Shown here: piece by piece, positions 7,612 to 16,965 of the stretch
Layout of the letters: each line of letters starts with the position of its first letter
Position numbering within the stretch: position 1 is the first letter of the stretch
From: Candidatus Cloacimonadales bacterium
Lineage (GTDB): Bacteria; Cloacimonadota; Cloacimonadia; Cloacimonadales; JAFGVF01
Direction of reading: 5' to 3'
Length of the DNA: 64,000 nt
Assembly: GCA_963663475.2 (NCBI GenBank)
Contig: CAXXJV010000001.1
Coordinates: 352,001-416,000, forward strand
Notes under the pieces: model-generated
The model's database searches: none
What the model was told of the DNA's origin: nothing
The model's input: the letters and a program-made list of their open reading frames with translations, nothing else
Program-made: the position numbers and the translations under genes

Positions 7612-9754
7612 CAAAATAAATACCAGAGCTTACACTAGTAGACTGTGAGTTTTTTCCATCCCAAACATAGCTATGATAACCACTATTCAATAAACCTTGA
7701 TATAAACTTGCTACTTTCTGCCCTTTCAAATTATAAACTGCTAGGTGACCATAAGCTTTCTTAGGAAGAATGAAGCTAATTTTAGTCTCTGGATTGAAAG
7801 GATTAGGATAATTTCTAAGTCCAAAAGCTGATTCACTTGCTGGAATAACATCATCATCTTGATTAGAAACACCTATTGGCAACATTGGTATATCTAAATT
7901 TAATTCTAAGGACTCCATTATCATTACATCAGATATTATTACATCTTGATAATCCCAGCGACTTGCCTTAACAGTATAAGTCCCTGCTCCACAATGATAA
8001 GTGTAATTACCTAAGCTGTCACTAAATTCAGGAAGCTTATCTATAATCTCTATCCTAACACAATCTAAAGGCTGATTAGTGCTTGCATCATAGACATTGC
8101 CACTAAAACCACCAATATAGACTGAACCATACTCATAGGCTCCAATATCAACTATATCAGGATTACTCCCGTTTGCTGAAGCGATTCTTTTATGGTAGCG
8201 TAGGTCAAAATCTGGTAAATCAGGACCATAAGCTCCAGCATCTCTACAAGGTGATGAAGGAGATAAAGAGTAATTATGATTTAAAGTATCTGCAAAAAGT
8301 GGGTCTGCGTAAAGATGATTTTCTGTATAGTAATATGATGGGTAATCGATAATTGGAATTGTCCCAAGGTTATTAAAAAATGAGGTAATATACCCCCCAG
8401 AGTTTCCTCCATAGCTAGTTTGTATATCAATTATGTTATTTGTAAATATCGACGCAGAGCTTCCTCTAGCAGTAATCAGCCAAGAATTGTTTACAAATGT
8501 ATTATTATAGATATATGGTGATGTATCATAAGTGTAAAATAATAGTCCCGCAGGAGAATCTGCTGTTTGTCGCACTAGATTATTAAAAACCCTGATTTGT
8601 CCATCGGGTGCTAATAATGAACGTTTTTCAAAATCCATCACACTACTAACATGTTCATTAGTTTCAATTATATTATTATAAATATATGCTTTATTATTAT
8701 CTCTTGTTTCAGCAGTAACTTGAACGTTCCCAAATAGATAGTTATCAGATAGATAATTTGTTCCAAAACCCCCAGAATATAGATTTATGGGATCTAAGTC
8801 AACTACATTCTTAACTAAAGTATTTTTCCTAGCAAAAACTACTTCAGTTGAATCACCAGAATGACAGCCCCAGCCTCTTTTACCATTATAGGCATAATTA
8901 CCGTAACTGCTTATTCTTCCAAAGTTTATTTCTCTAGTTTCGGTAGCATTTACTTCTGAGCCAAAATTATAATAAGTATTAAAAAGGAATAAAGTTATCA
9001 GGTAACCTCCCGAAGAAGGATAATCTGAAGGACCATTAAAGTAACATCTTGCAATAACAAGATTATAAGCTTCATTAGGAGGGTTTTCTTCTGAAGGTCT
9101 AATTGATAATGGTGTAGGATTCCCATGAGGTAGTGGATATATGTTTGTAGTGATGAATCTACATTTATAAACAACTAAATCCATATTCAAGTTTCTTGTT
9201 CTGAGACCAACACAATTATTTTCGAATGTGCAGTTTTTAACATTAATTAAACCATTAAGAAAATTAATTGCACCTCGATGCCCTCCATGTATATAATTGG
9301 GGGTTTCATTGGGGACATAATTTCCAATAAAGGTATGTCTGATTTCACAATACTCGAATGATGAAATAGGAGCCTCTGGTGTTAAAGCAATACCTCCCCA
9401 CTGGTATTCACTGCCATCTTGATATTTATCAAAAATAATTGGGTCTTCTGGAGTACCGATAGCATTGATTGTCCCGTTAACAACTATCATCTTAGCAACT
9501 GGCTGTGTGGTATTACTGTAACTCCAATCAAAAAGAGCAGGATAATTCATGTCTGCTCCACTAACTAAAATTTCAGTTCCAGGCATGATAGTAAGAGTAA
9601 CACCAGAATCTATATAGAGAAAAGAAGTAACTATATAAGGATCATTATGATGAGGATACCAAAGAGTATTCTCTGTGATATGACCTCCTACTTCTATGGA
9701 AAGAAGAGGAAAGGCAATAAGAACTATGATAAACAATAATATATTGTTCTTCAT
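7556..9754 (-). CDS. Secreted beta-helix-like protein with carboxypeptidase-regulatory-like domain and C-terminal sorting (T9SS type A / FlgD-Ig-like) domain
   Basis: Signal peptide, GTPEDPIIF and NNTFVNN beta-helix signatures, SPCRDAG...DIGAYEY, and a NYPNPFNP...SGIYF...KIVLMK CTD. Confidence 0.75.
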   Translation of the reverse strand: MKNNILLFIIVLIAFPLLSIEVGGHITENTLWYPHHNDPYIVTSFLYIDSGVTLTIMPGTEILVSGADMNYPALFDWSYSNTTQPVAKMIVVNGTINAIGTPEDPIIFDKYQDGSEYQWGGIALTPEAPISSFEYCEIRHTFIGNYVPNETPNYIHGGHRGAINFLNGLINVKNCTFENNCVGLRTRNLNMDLVVYKCRFITTNIYPLPHGNPTPLSIRPSEENPPNEAYNLVIARCYFNGPSDYPSSGGYLITLFLFNTYYNFGSEVNATETREINFGRISSYGNYAYNGKRGWGCHSGDSTEVVFARKNTLVKNVVDLDPINLYSGGFGTNYLSDNYLFGNVQVTAETRDNNKAYIYNNIIETNEHVSSVMDFEKRSLLAPDGQIRVFNNLVRQTADSPAGLLFYTYDTSPYIYNNTFVNNSWLITARGSSASIFTNNIIDIQTSYGGNSGGYITSFFNNLGTIPIIDYPSYYYTENHLYADPLFADTLNHNYSLSPSSPCRDAGAYGPDLPDFDLRYHKRIASANGSNPDIVDIGAYEYGSVYIGGFSGNVYDASTNQPLDCVRIEIIDKLPEFSDSLGNYTYHCGAGTYTVKASRWDYQDVIISDVMIMESLELNLDIPMLPIGVSNQDDDVIPASESAFGLRNYPNPFNPETKISFILPKKAYGHLAVYNLKGQKVASLYQGLLNSGYHSYVWDGKNSQSTSVSSGIYFVRLEVEGKSQTHKIVLMK

Positions 9755-10138
9755 TGTAACTCCTTTAAATATTCGGAGCTTAGGTAATAAGCCTAAGCCC
9801 TTTTAGTTTTTTTATTTCATTAACATCATTTTATGTAGTCTATGTGTATTCTTTGGAATTATAACTACCAAGCACGATTATAGTACAAATATTAACAATT
9901 ATTATGTCAAGATATATTTTGATTATTATTTCCCTCATTAGTGATTAAGAATATTCATTAACAAGTTTACTTCCCTACTAGTATTTTCTTTTTATGTCGT
10001 TGAACATATCACTTTCATTCAAGAGTTCAGATATTCTCATTATAACTTTTTATGATCACTCAATTGATTAAAAAAGTAAGTCTTATTCTTCTAGGAAGGC
10101 TTGATGGTGAATCCAAGTAGTGCAGTATATCTTTAGTG

Positions 10139-10320
10139 ATGAGGAGTGACGGGAGTTGCTCACGGAGTAGCGACTTCCGACAAATCAACTTATATTCGTC
10201 CGAAGTCCCTTGCCTACGGCTGAGGAACTCCGGTCTCCAACTTAGCGACTTCCGACTGACATCTCTTTTGTCTTTCGTCCCAAGTCCCTTGCCTAGAGCT
10301 GAGGAAGTCCGGTCTCCAAC
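10139..10320 (+). repeat. Family D REPIN-like array, 2 units
   Basis: The first ~75 bp is nearly identical to 7285-7362, including the loop AAATCAACTTATATTC. Confidence 0.85.
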
Positions 10321-10423
10321 TCTAGGATTATTTACACTATACTCAAAGTTTAATAAAATTATACTTGACACTAATTATACCATACTTAAGTTTTGAATAT
10401 ATAATAAATAAAGTGGAGGAGAT

Positions 10424-11866
10424 ATGGAACTAGGAAAAATAGCAATAGATTATGCTCGCTCACTAGGAGCTGACTTTGCTGACATTAGAATCCAGAGAAC
10501 TAAACGTGAATTTATCTTTGTACGTGACCTCAATGTAAAAATGTTTAATAATGATGACAGCTATGGTTACGGAATAAGAGTATTTAAGAATGGTGCATGG
10601 GGCTTTGCCCATAACAAAATCTTCACTAAAGATGCAGTAATCGAAACAGTCAAATCTGCTTATAATATTGCTTTAGCATCTTCCCAAATAAACAAAAACT
10701 TCAAATTGCAACTTACTCCCGAAAGAGGCTATATTGATACTTACAAGACCCCTCTTAGTATTGACCCTTTCTCAGTATCGCCTAAAGAGAAAATTGACCA
10801 ACTCTTAGAAATCAACAGAACTTTACTTTCTTATCAAGATATAAAGCAAGCTAGAGCCATGATAATCTCGCAAAATGATGATAAAATCTTAATGAATACT
10901 GATGGTTCTCACTTGAAAATCAATACAACTTATGTATATCCTTCCTATACTGCAGTAGCAGTTAACCAAGAGGATAGTCAATCCCGTTCTTATAACCCAG
11001 GAGCAACTGCTGCAGGTTGGGAGCATGTAATAAATCTAAGACTTTTAGAGAATGCTGATAGAGTAGCTAGAGAAGCTATTATGAAGCTTAATGCAGACTC
11101 TTTGCCTGGAGACAAACGCCGTGATTTAGTTCTAAATCCTGACCACTTGGCTCTTACAATGCACGAATCCGTAGGACATCCAACTGAGCTTGATAGAGTC
11201 TTAGGCTGGGAAGCAGATTTTGCTGGTATTTCTTTTGCAACTCCAGAGAAACTAAAGAATTATCAATATGGTTCAGAAATAGTAAATTTCACAGCTAATA
11301 ATAAGCTTGCTGGTGGTATGGCAACTGCTGGTTATGATGATGATGGAGTACCTAACCAAGAATGGCAAATTGTTAAAGATGGTATTCTTAATGAATACGG
11401 GACTACTAGAGATACTGCTTCTTTCATAGGACAAAGTCTTAGTCGTGGCTGTAACAGAGCTACTAATTATTATGATATGCCAATTAACAGAATACCTAAC
11501 CTTTACTTAGAAGCTGGGGAAAAAGAATGTAGTCCAAACGATCTCATTTCTGCAGTTGATGATGGTGTTATGATTGAAGGACAAGGTTCATTCTCCATTG
11601 ACCAACACAGAATCAACTTCCAATTCGGTGGAGATATGTTCTGGGAAATTAAAAATGGAAAGAGAACTAGACCACTCAAGAAGATTCTTTATAGATCAAA
11701 TAATCCAGAATTTTGGAATAGTGTTGAAGCTATCGCTGATAAGCGTTTCTGGAAATCCTGGGGAGTTAATAATTGTGGTAAAGGACAGCCAAGTCAAACT
11801 GGTAGAATGACCCATGGTGCTTCACCAACCCTCTTTAGAAACATTATGGTAGGAGGTTCAAAATGA
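10424..11866 (+). CDS. tldD: TldD metalloprotease subunit
   Basis: HESVGH zinc motif, DDDG and the C-terminal CGKGQP motif. Confidence 0.88.
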   Translation: MELGKIAIDYARSLGADFADIRIQRTKREFIFVRDLNVKMFNNDDSYGYGIRVFKNGAWGFAHNKIFTKDAVIETVKSAYNIALASSQINKNFKLQLTPERGYIDTYKTPLSIDPFSVSPKEKIDQLLEINRTLLSYQDIKQARAMIISQNDDKILMNTDGSHLKINTTYVYPSYTAVAVNQEDSQSRSYNPGATAAGWEHVINLRLLENADRVAREAIMKLNADSLPGDKRRDLVLNPDHLALTMHESVGHPTELDRVLGWEADFAGISFATPEKLKNYQYGSEIVNFTANNKLAGGMATAGYDDDGVPNQEWQIVKDGILNEYGTTRDTASFIGQSLSRGCNRATNYYDMPINRIPNLYLEAGEKECSPNDLISAVDDGVMIEGQGSFSIDQHRINFQFGGDMFWEIKNGKRTRPLKKILYRSNNPEFWNSVEAIADKRFWKSWGVNNCGKGQPSQTGRMTHGASPTLFRNIMVGGSK

Positions 11867-13146
11867 TAAATAAACTAATAAAAACCATAGATTTTATTAA
11901 GCAGAACATAGATGCTGATGATTATCAAATTAATGCTAACGTAAAAGATTCTTTAGATACCCGTTTTGCTCAAAATAGAATTACCCAAAATATATCAGGT
12001 GTTAAATTTGAAATTGATGTTACTCTTTACTTTGGTAAAAAATCAGGTTCAGTCAATATTGACCAACTTGATGAAAAGAGTATTTTAGATAGACTAGCTG
12101 TAGCAAAGACTATTGCACTCCACTCATCTGAAGATACTGAGTATATCCCTTCTGAAGAAACTAAAGACTTTGATGAATATAACAATTTCGATCAAGAAAT
12201 CGCTGATTTAACTGTTGAAGACCATCTTGCTATTATTAAAATTTGTATTGATAATGCTATCAAGCAAGATGCTCAAGTTTCAGGTATGGTATCACGACAT
12301 ATAATTCATACTTATCTCACTACTAAAAATGGCTTTGAAGGTCAGAATAAGTTCACTATCTTTGAACATTCAATGACTATTAAAAAAGACGATAGAGAAA
12401 CTAGAGTTTCTAGCTCTGTTATCAGAAAGAAACTACATGATTTAGATGCTTTGATAAATCAGCTAAACACTAATTTCCAAGCAATCTCTTCTCCAAATGA
12501 AATGCTCCCTCGTAAGATACCTGTCATCTTGCGACCTCAAGCTGTTATCGATATCTTCTCTTTTATGTCTTGGTTTATGGATAGAAGAGGAGCTGATTTA
12601 GGTATGACGCCTTTCTCTAACATGATAGAAACTCCTTTCTTTGGGAAAAACTTCAATATGTACTCATCTTTAGATGATGAGAGAATTATGAGACCTGCTT
12701 TTGATGGAAATGGTATTCTTAATCAAAATACTGATTGGTCAAAAGATGGTATCTTGAAGAATCTACCTACAGGCAAGGCTTATGCTCAACAACATAATCT
12801 TAAACATGTCAATCATCCATTTAACATTATTATTGCTGGTGGAGATAAAACAGAAGAAGAAATGATGGCCATGGTTGACGAAGGTATTATTATTAACCGC
12901 TTCTGGTACATCAGAGTTGTTGATAGCAAAAGTGGTGAACTTACTGGACTTACCCGAGATGGTGTACTCTACTTCAAAAATGGTAAGATTGAAAAATCTG
13001 TTAATAACTTCCGCTGGAATGAGATTCCTCATGATATGAGCAGGAGAATTCTTGCTCTAGGAAAAGAAGTTGTGAATGATACTAGATCTATTATTCCGAC
13101 AATGTTAGTTGATGATTTTACTCTAGTAGATAATACAAGATTCTAA
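11863..13146 (+). CDS. TldE/PmbA family subunit
   Basis: ATGA overlap with tldD. TRFAQN and TGLTRDG motifs; no HExxxH. Confidence 0.85.
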   Translation: MINKLIKTIDFIKQNIDADDYQINANVKDSLDTRFAQNRITQNISGVKFEIDVTLYFGKKSGSVNIDQLDEKSILDRLAVAKTIALHSSEDTEYIPSEETKDFDEYNNFDQEIADLTVEDHLAIIKICIDNAIKQDAQVSGMVSRHIIHTYLTTKNGFEGQNKFTIFEHSMTIKKDDRETRVSSSVIRKKLHDLDALINQLNTNFQAISSPNEMLPRKIPVILRPQAVIDIFSFMSWFMDRRGADLGMTPFSNMIETPFFGKNFNMYSSLDDERIMRPAFDGNGILNQNTDWSKDGILKNLPTGKAYAQQHNLKHVNHPFNIIIAGGDKTEEEMMAMVDEGIIINRFWYIRVVDSKSGELTGLTRDGVLYFKNGKIEKSVNNFRWNEIPHDMSRRILALGKEVVNDTRSIIPTMLVDDFTLVDNTRF

Positions 13147-13199
13147 ATAAATAAACAACCAATAATAAAGCAAGGGCGAATTTAACAGTTTGCCCTTTT
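12894..13199 (+). repeat. 306-bp direct repeat, copy 1 (tldE 3' end plus terminator)
   Basis: Ungapped alignment with 15769-16074, 12 substitutions. Confidence 0.95.
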
Positions 13200-13201
13200 T
13201 T
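13172..13201 (+). terminator. Rho-independent terminator of tldDE
   Basis: AAGGGCGAA...TTTGCCCTT followed by a T run. Confidence 0.7.
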
Positions 13202-13275
13202 AATATATAAAGTCCTATGATGTGATATAACTATTAGGGAAATTGCAGATTAAGTGGTGCTGTTTAAAAAAGATC

Positions 13276-13753
13276 GGCTCTTGTTCAAGTCTGGTGGTAA
13301 ATAAGAGACTTTCATTATAGCATATTGCTTGAATAATAGAAAGTTACAAGTAAGAATATACTGTTAAGAGTATGTTTTGTTTGATGATAAGTACTAAATC
13401 CTGAAGGGATAAGTCTTAAATCCTCAAAGGGGATAAATAGTTTAGCCTAGGGTAAATTCCTGAAGGGAATGCAACCCTGGGTACTGGTGATGAAAAACAA
13501 AGCCTAACCCTGAAAGGGTTAAATAACATCATATATACCATAGACTTATACAATAATATATTATTTATCATTTTATTAAACCCTTACAGGGTAACATCTT
13601 TGGGCTAGCCATCATTACCCAGGGTTGCGATACTTTCAGCATCTTACCCTGGGCTAAATTATTTTATCCCTTTCAGGGATTTTTGATGAATTAATATAGT
13701 AATGAAATATTCTCATTTTCCTATATTATTCCCACCAGACTTGAACTTGAGCC
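13276..13753 (+). mobile_element. Family B MITE, complete (478 bp), 8-bp TSD AAAAGATC
   Basis: TIRs GGCTCTTGTTCAAGTCTGGTGG and CCACCAGACTTGAACTTGAGCC. AAAAGATC at 13268-13275 and 13754-13761. The interior has inverted CCCTGAAAGGG-type REP arms and no ORF. Confidence 0.9.
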
Positions 13754-13990
13754 AAAAGATCTATCTCCTTGTTTAGGCTAAGTATCATAAGAAACTTCAT
13801 ACATCCTACATAATACCTGTCAATTTAATTTACATTTAGCATACAATATTTATTTTTATAGAAAGATATATGCTAACATTTTTCTTTCACTAGAGAAGAA
13901 AGCTAGTACTAATCAATCTTAAGTAAAAATTTATATTATATAATATTTTGGAATTAATTGTGCTTATAATTAAAAATAAAAGGAGATATT

Positions 13991-15643
13991 ATGAAAGTAA
14001 TTGTTACTTTATTGACTATAATATTATTCACATCTTGTCTATTCTCTTATCAGACCCTGGATACTATCTGGGAGTATGAAAGTGAAAACTTGGAAGATGA
14101 TTTTGGGAAAAATATTACTTCCCTGGACTTTAATGGGGATGGTTATTATGACTTATTCGTAGCAACTGGGGGAGTCATTGCTATTGAGAATGATTCTTTA
14201 CGAATTTTTAATTTTTTATATTATTTTGAGGGCAATCAAGATGGTTTACCTAATACTTATACTTCTATAATCAACTATTCTCCTCTTGAAGAAATTCCTG
14301 ATTCCATAAGTTTCTATCTTGTTGGTGCTTTTGAGAAGATAACCAGTCTAGGAGATGTTAACAATGATGGATATGAAGATTTAGGGTTTATATCAAATTA
14401 TTGGGATGATAGTTTTATTTATTGGGGTGGGCGAATAAATATTATTTATGGAAATAACTATAATGATTTTGAAATTGACTATTCTCTCGACCAATATCAC
14501 CAACCAATCTCTAACTTCAAAGGGTTAGGTGATATTAACGGAGACGGTTATGATGATATGGGCTATATAATTGGATCTGGTAATTCCAATTATCCTCTAT
14601 CTTTCCGAGTAATTGATGGGCAAACATTGGAAGAATATGCAGTCTCTAATGATATTACTATTATTGGAAATCATTATAGTTCAATTGATGGATTAGGTGA
14701 TATAAATGGGGATGGCTTTAGTGATTACTCATATAGTATAGGCGGACGTGAATCTATTGTAGATGAATATGGAAGTACTCGCTGGTACACACAACATAAA
14801 ATTTTTTTGGGTTCTTCCCTTATCGACTCTCTGGCTGATTATACATTTACAACTAAAACTCAAAGCAGAAATGCAAATCTTTTACAAGTAAATGACTTTA
14901 ATGGTGATGGCTATGATGATTTTCTTCTATCTGGTTATGAATTAAACGAGGTAGGAAGTTCGGGTTTAAGATTATGGCTAGGAGGTCAAGATATTGATTT
15001 CTCACACTATTCTCATATAGAATACTATGACTGGTTATATCATTATGCTTGTGATGATATAAATAATGATGGTTATAGTGATATAATAGGTATCAGAAGA
15101 AATTATTCCACTGGATATGTTAATGGTTACCTGGGGGGAGCAAATGGTACTCGAGATATTTATCAAACTTTTCAAGATGGTTTCGGATGGGATATGACCA
15201 GTGGTGATTTTAACAACGATGGTCAAGTTGACTTAGTAGTAGGTTCATACGATACTGTCAGTGCACCTTGGCAGCCAGGAAAGTTAATTATGTTAGCAAC
15301 TTCAAATGATTTAACAGAAATTGATCCCGAAATCAATACTGAAATCGAGAGTGAAGATATTTCATCCCCACAGCCAATTATTATAACATACCCTAATCCA
15401 TTCAACCCTGAAACAACAATATCCTTCAATATTGCAAATCAAACAAATGTTGAGCTTAGTATATATAATATCAAAGGGCAAAAAGTTAAGACTCTTATTA
15501 ATGATAAGCTTTCGAAGGGAGCTCATAAAGTCGTTTGGAATGGTAAAAATTCTTCTGGACTAAAAGTATCTTCAGGTGTATATTTTTATCGTCTAAAGAC
15601 ACCTAAGCTTGATACAATAAGAAAAATGTTGTTAATGAAATAG
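13991..15643 (+). CDS. Secreted FG-GAP/VCBS repeat protein with C-terminal sorting domain
   Basis: Signal peptide, seven D(F/I/V)N(G/N)DG.(D) Ca-binding repeats, and a YPNPFNP...SGVYFY...KMLLMK CTD. Confidence 0.85.
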   Translation: MKVIVTLLTIILFTSCLFSYQTLDTIWEYESENLEDDFGKNITSLDFNGDGYYDLFVATGGVIAIENDSLRIFNFLYYFEGNQDGLPNTYTSIINYSPLEEIPDSISFYLVGAFEKITSLGDVNNDGYEDLGFISNYWDDSFIYWGGRINIIYGNNYNDFEIDYSLDQYHQPISNFKGLGDINGDGYDDMGYIIGSGNSNYPLSFRVIDGQTLEEYAVSNDITIIGNHYSSIDGLGDINGDGFSDYSYSIGGRESIVDEYGSTRWYTQHKIFLGSSLIDSLADYTFTTKTQSRNANLLQVNDFNGDGYDDFLLSGYELNEVGSSGLRLWLGGQDIDFSHYSHIEYYDWLYHYACDDINNDGYSDIIGIRRNYSTGYVNGYLGGANGTRDIYQTFQDGFGWDMTSGDFNNDGQVDLVVGSYDTVSAPWQPGKLIMLATSNDLTEIDPEINTEIESEDISSPQPIIITYPNPFNPETTISFNIANQTNVELSIYNIKGQKVKTLINDKLSKGAHKVVWNGKNSSGLKVSSGVYFYRLKTPKLDTIRKMLLMK

Positions 15644-15721
15644 TATCATATGATCCCATGAGCTTTAAGATCCCAATATAAAGGGTTTTTAAGGCATGGA
15701 CAGATTGATAAAATATATCAA

Positions 15722-15747
15722 AAAGGCACGGTATAAGTCGTGCCTTT
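15722..15747. terminator. Hairpin at the right junction of the islet
   Basis: AAAGGCACG-loop-CGTGCCTTT. Confidence 0.55.
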
Positions 15748-15768
15748 CTAAATTTTGAACATTATTTA

Positions 15769-16074
15769 TAACCGCTTCTGGTATATCAGAGTTGTTGATA
15801 GCAAAAGTGGTGAACTTACTGGGCTTACCCGAGATGGTGTACTCTACTTCAAAAATGGTAAGATTGAAAAATCTGTTAATAACTTCCGCTGGAATGAAAT
15901 CCCGCATGATATGAGCAGGAGAATTCTTGCTCTAGGTAAACAAGTTGTGAATGATACTAGATCTATTATTCCGACAATGCTAGTTGATGATTTTACACTA
16001 GTAGATAATACAAGATTCTAAATAAATAAACAACCTATAATAAAGCAAGGGAGAATTTAACAGTTCGCCCTTTT
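15769..16074 (+). pseudogene. Duplicated 3' fragment of tldE plus terminator (direct repeat, copy 2)
   Basis: Encodes the last 83 aa of TldE with one E>Q change. No credible RBS or start. Confidence 0.9.
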
Positions 16075-16156
16075 CTTCCTTGACAAAAACCCTTTAACAT
16101 ATAATGTAATAATAAAAATAAGTTGTTATTATAATGGGCATTATCAAAGGAATAAT

Positions 16157-16864
16157 ATGAATAATAGTAAAAAAAACTTCAAGAAAGTAGCAAAAAAGCA
16201 TCAACCTAGAGGATTAACCATCCTTTACGAAGATAGAGATATAATAGTTGTAGATAAAATCAATGGACTTCTCTCAATCAGTACCGATACAATTAAAGAG
16301 AATACAGCCTATTATCGTTTGAATAATTATGTTAGAAAAGGCAATCAAAAATCTAAGAACCAAGTGTTTATAGTCCATCGTTTAGATAGAGATACTTCTG
16401 GAGTGTTAGTATTTGCTAAAAGTGAATCTGCCAAGCTCTTTCTACAAAGTGAGTGGCATAATTTTAGTAAGAGTTACTATGCTATTGTATATGGAACAAT
16501 GGATAAGAAAGAGGGGATTTTCACTTCCTACCTTACTGAGAATAAGGCTTATAGGGTTTATTCAGTAGGGGATTCAACAAAAGGGAAATATGCTAATACA
16601 GGCTATAAAGTCATACAGGAATCACAAAAATATTCTCTTCTTGAAATAGCTTTATATACTGGCAGAAAGAATCAAATCAGAGTTCATTTCGCTGAAAATG
16701 GCTTTCCTGTAGCAGGCGATAAGGTATATGGTAAGAAAAATCCTGAGATTAATAGACTAATGCTTCACTCTGCTTCTTTGACTATTTTACACCCTCACAG
16801 CAAAGAGGAAATGACCTTTGAAGCTGATATTCCTCAAGCCTTTAAATCACTTATTAAAAAATAA
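16157..16864 (+). CDS. RluA-family pseudouridine synthase
   Basis: VHRLDRDTSG, TGRKNQIRVH and GDKVYG motifs. Confidence 0.92.
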   Translation: MNNSKKNFKKVAKKHQPRGLTILYEDRDIIVVDKINGLLSISTDTIKENTAYYRLNNYVRKGNQKSKNQVFIVHRLDRDTSGVLVFAKSESAKLFLQSEWHNFSKSYYAIVYGTMDKKEGIFTSYLTENKAYRVYSVGDSTKGKYANTGYKVIQESQKYSLLEIALYTGRKNQIRVHFAENGFPVAGDKVYGKKNPEINRLMLHSASLTILHPHSKEEMTFEADIPQAFKSLIKK

Positions 16865-16914
16865 ATTACTCCAGTTTTCTAGATACTATACTGCATTTTG
16901 GGTTTAAATCTAAA

Positions 16915-16940
16915 AAAAGGAAGTTACAAGAACTTCCTTT
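16915..16940. terminator. Bidirectional terminator between convergent genes
   Basis: AAAAGGAAGTT-loop-AACTTCCTTTT. Confidence 0.7.
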
Positions 16941-16965
16941 TATATATTGTTAAGTATCAGATATT

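Noticed and set aside
7285-10320. D units as integron attC sites
   Set aside because: No RYYYAAC...GTTRRRY boundaries and no integron integrase.
10060-10396. ORFs 10060-10371, 10136-10396 and 7356-7580
   Set aside because: They are translations of family D repeats.
15755-16021. 88-aa ORF as an independent gene
   Set aside because: It is the duplicated tldE 3' end with a TTG start and no RBS.
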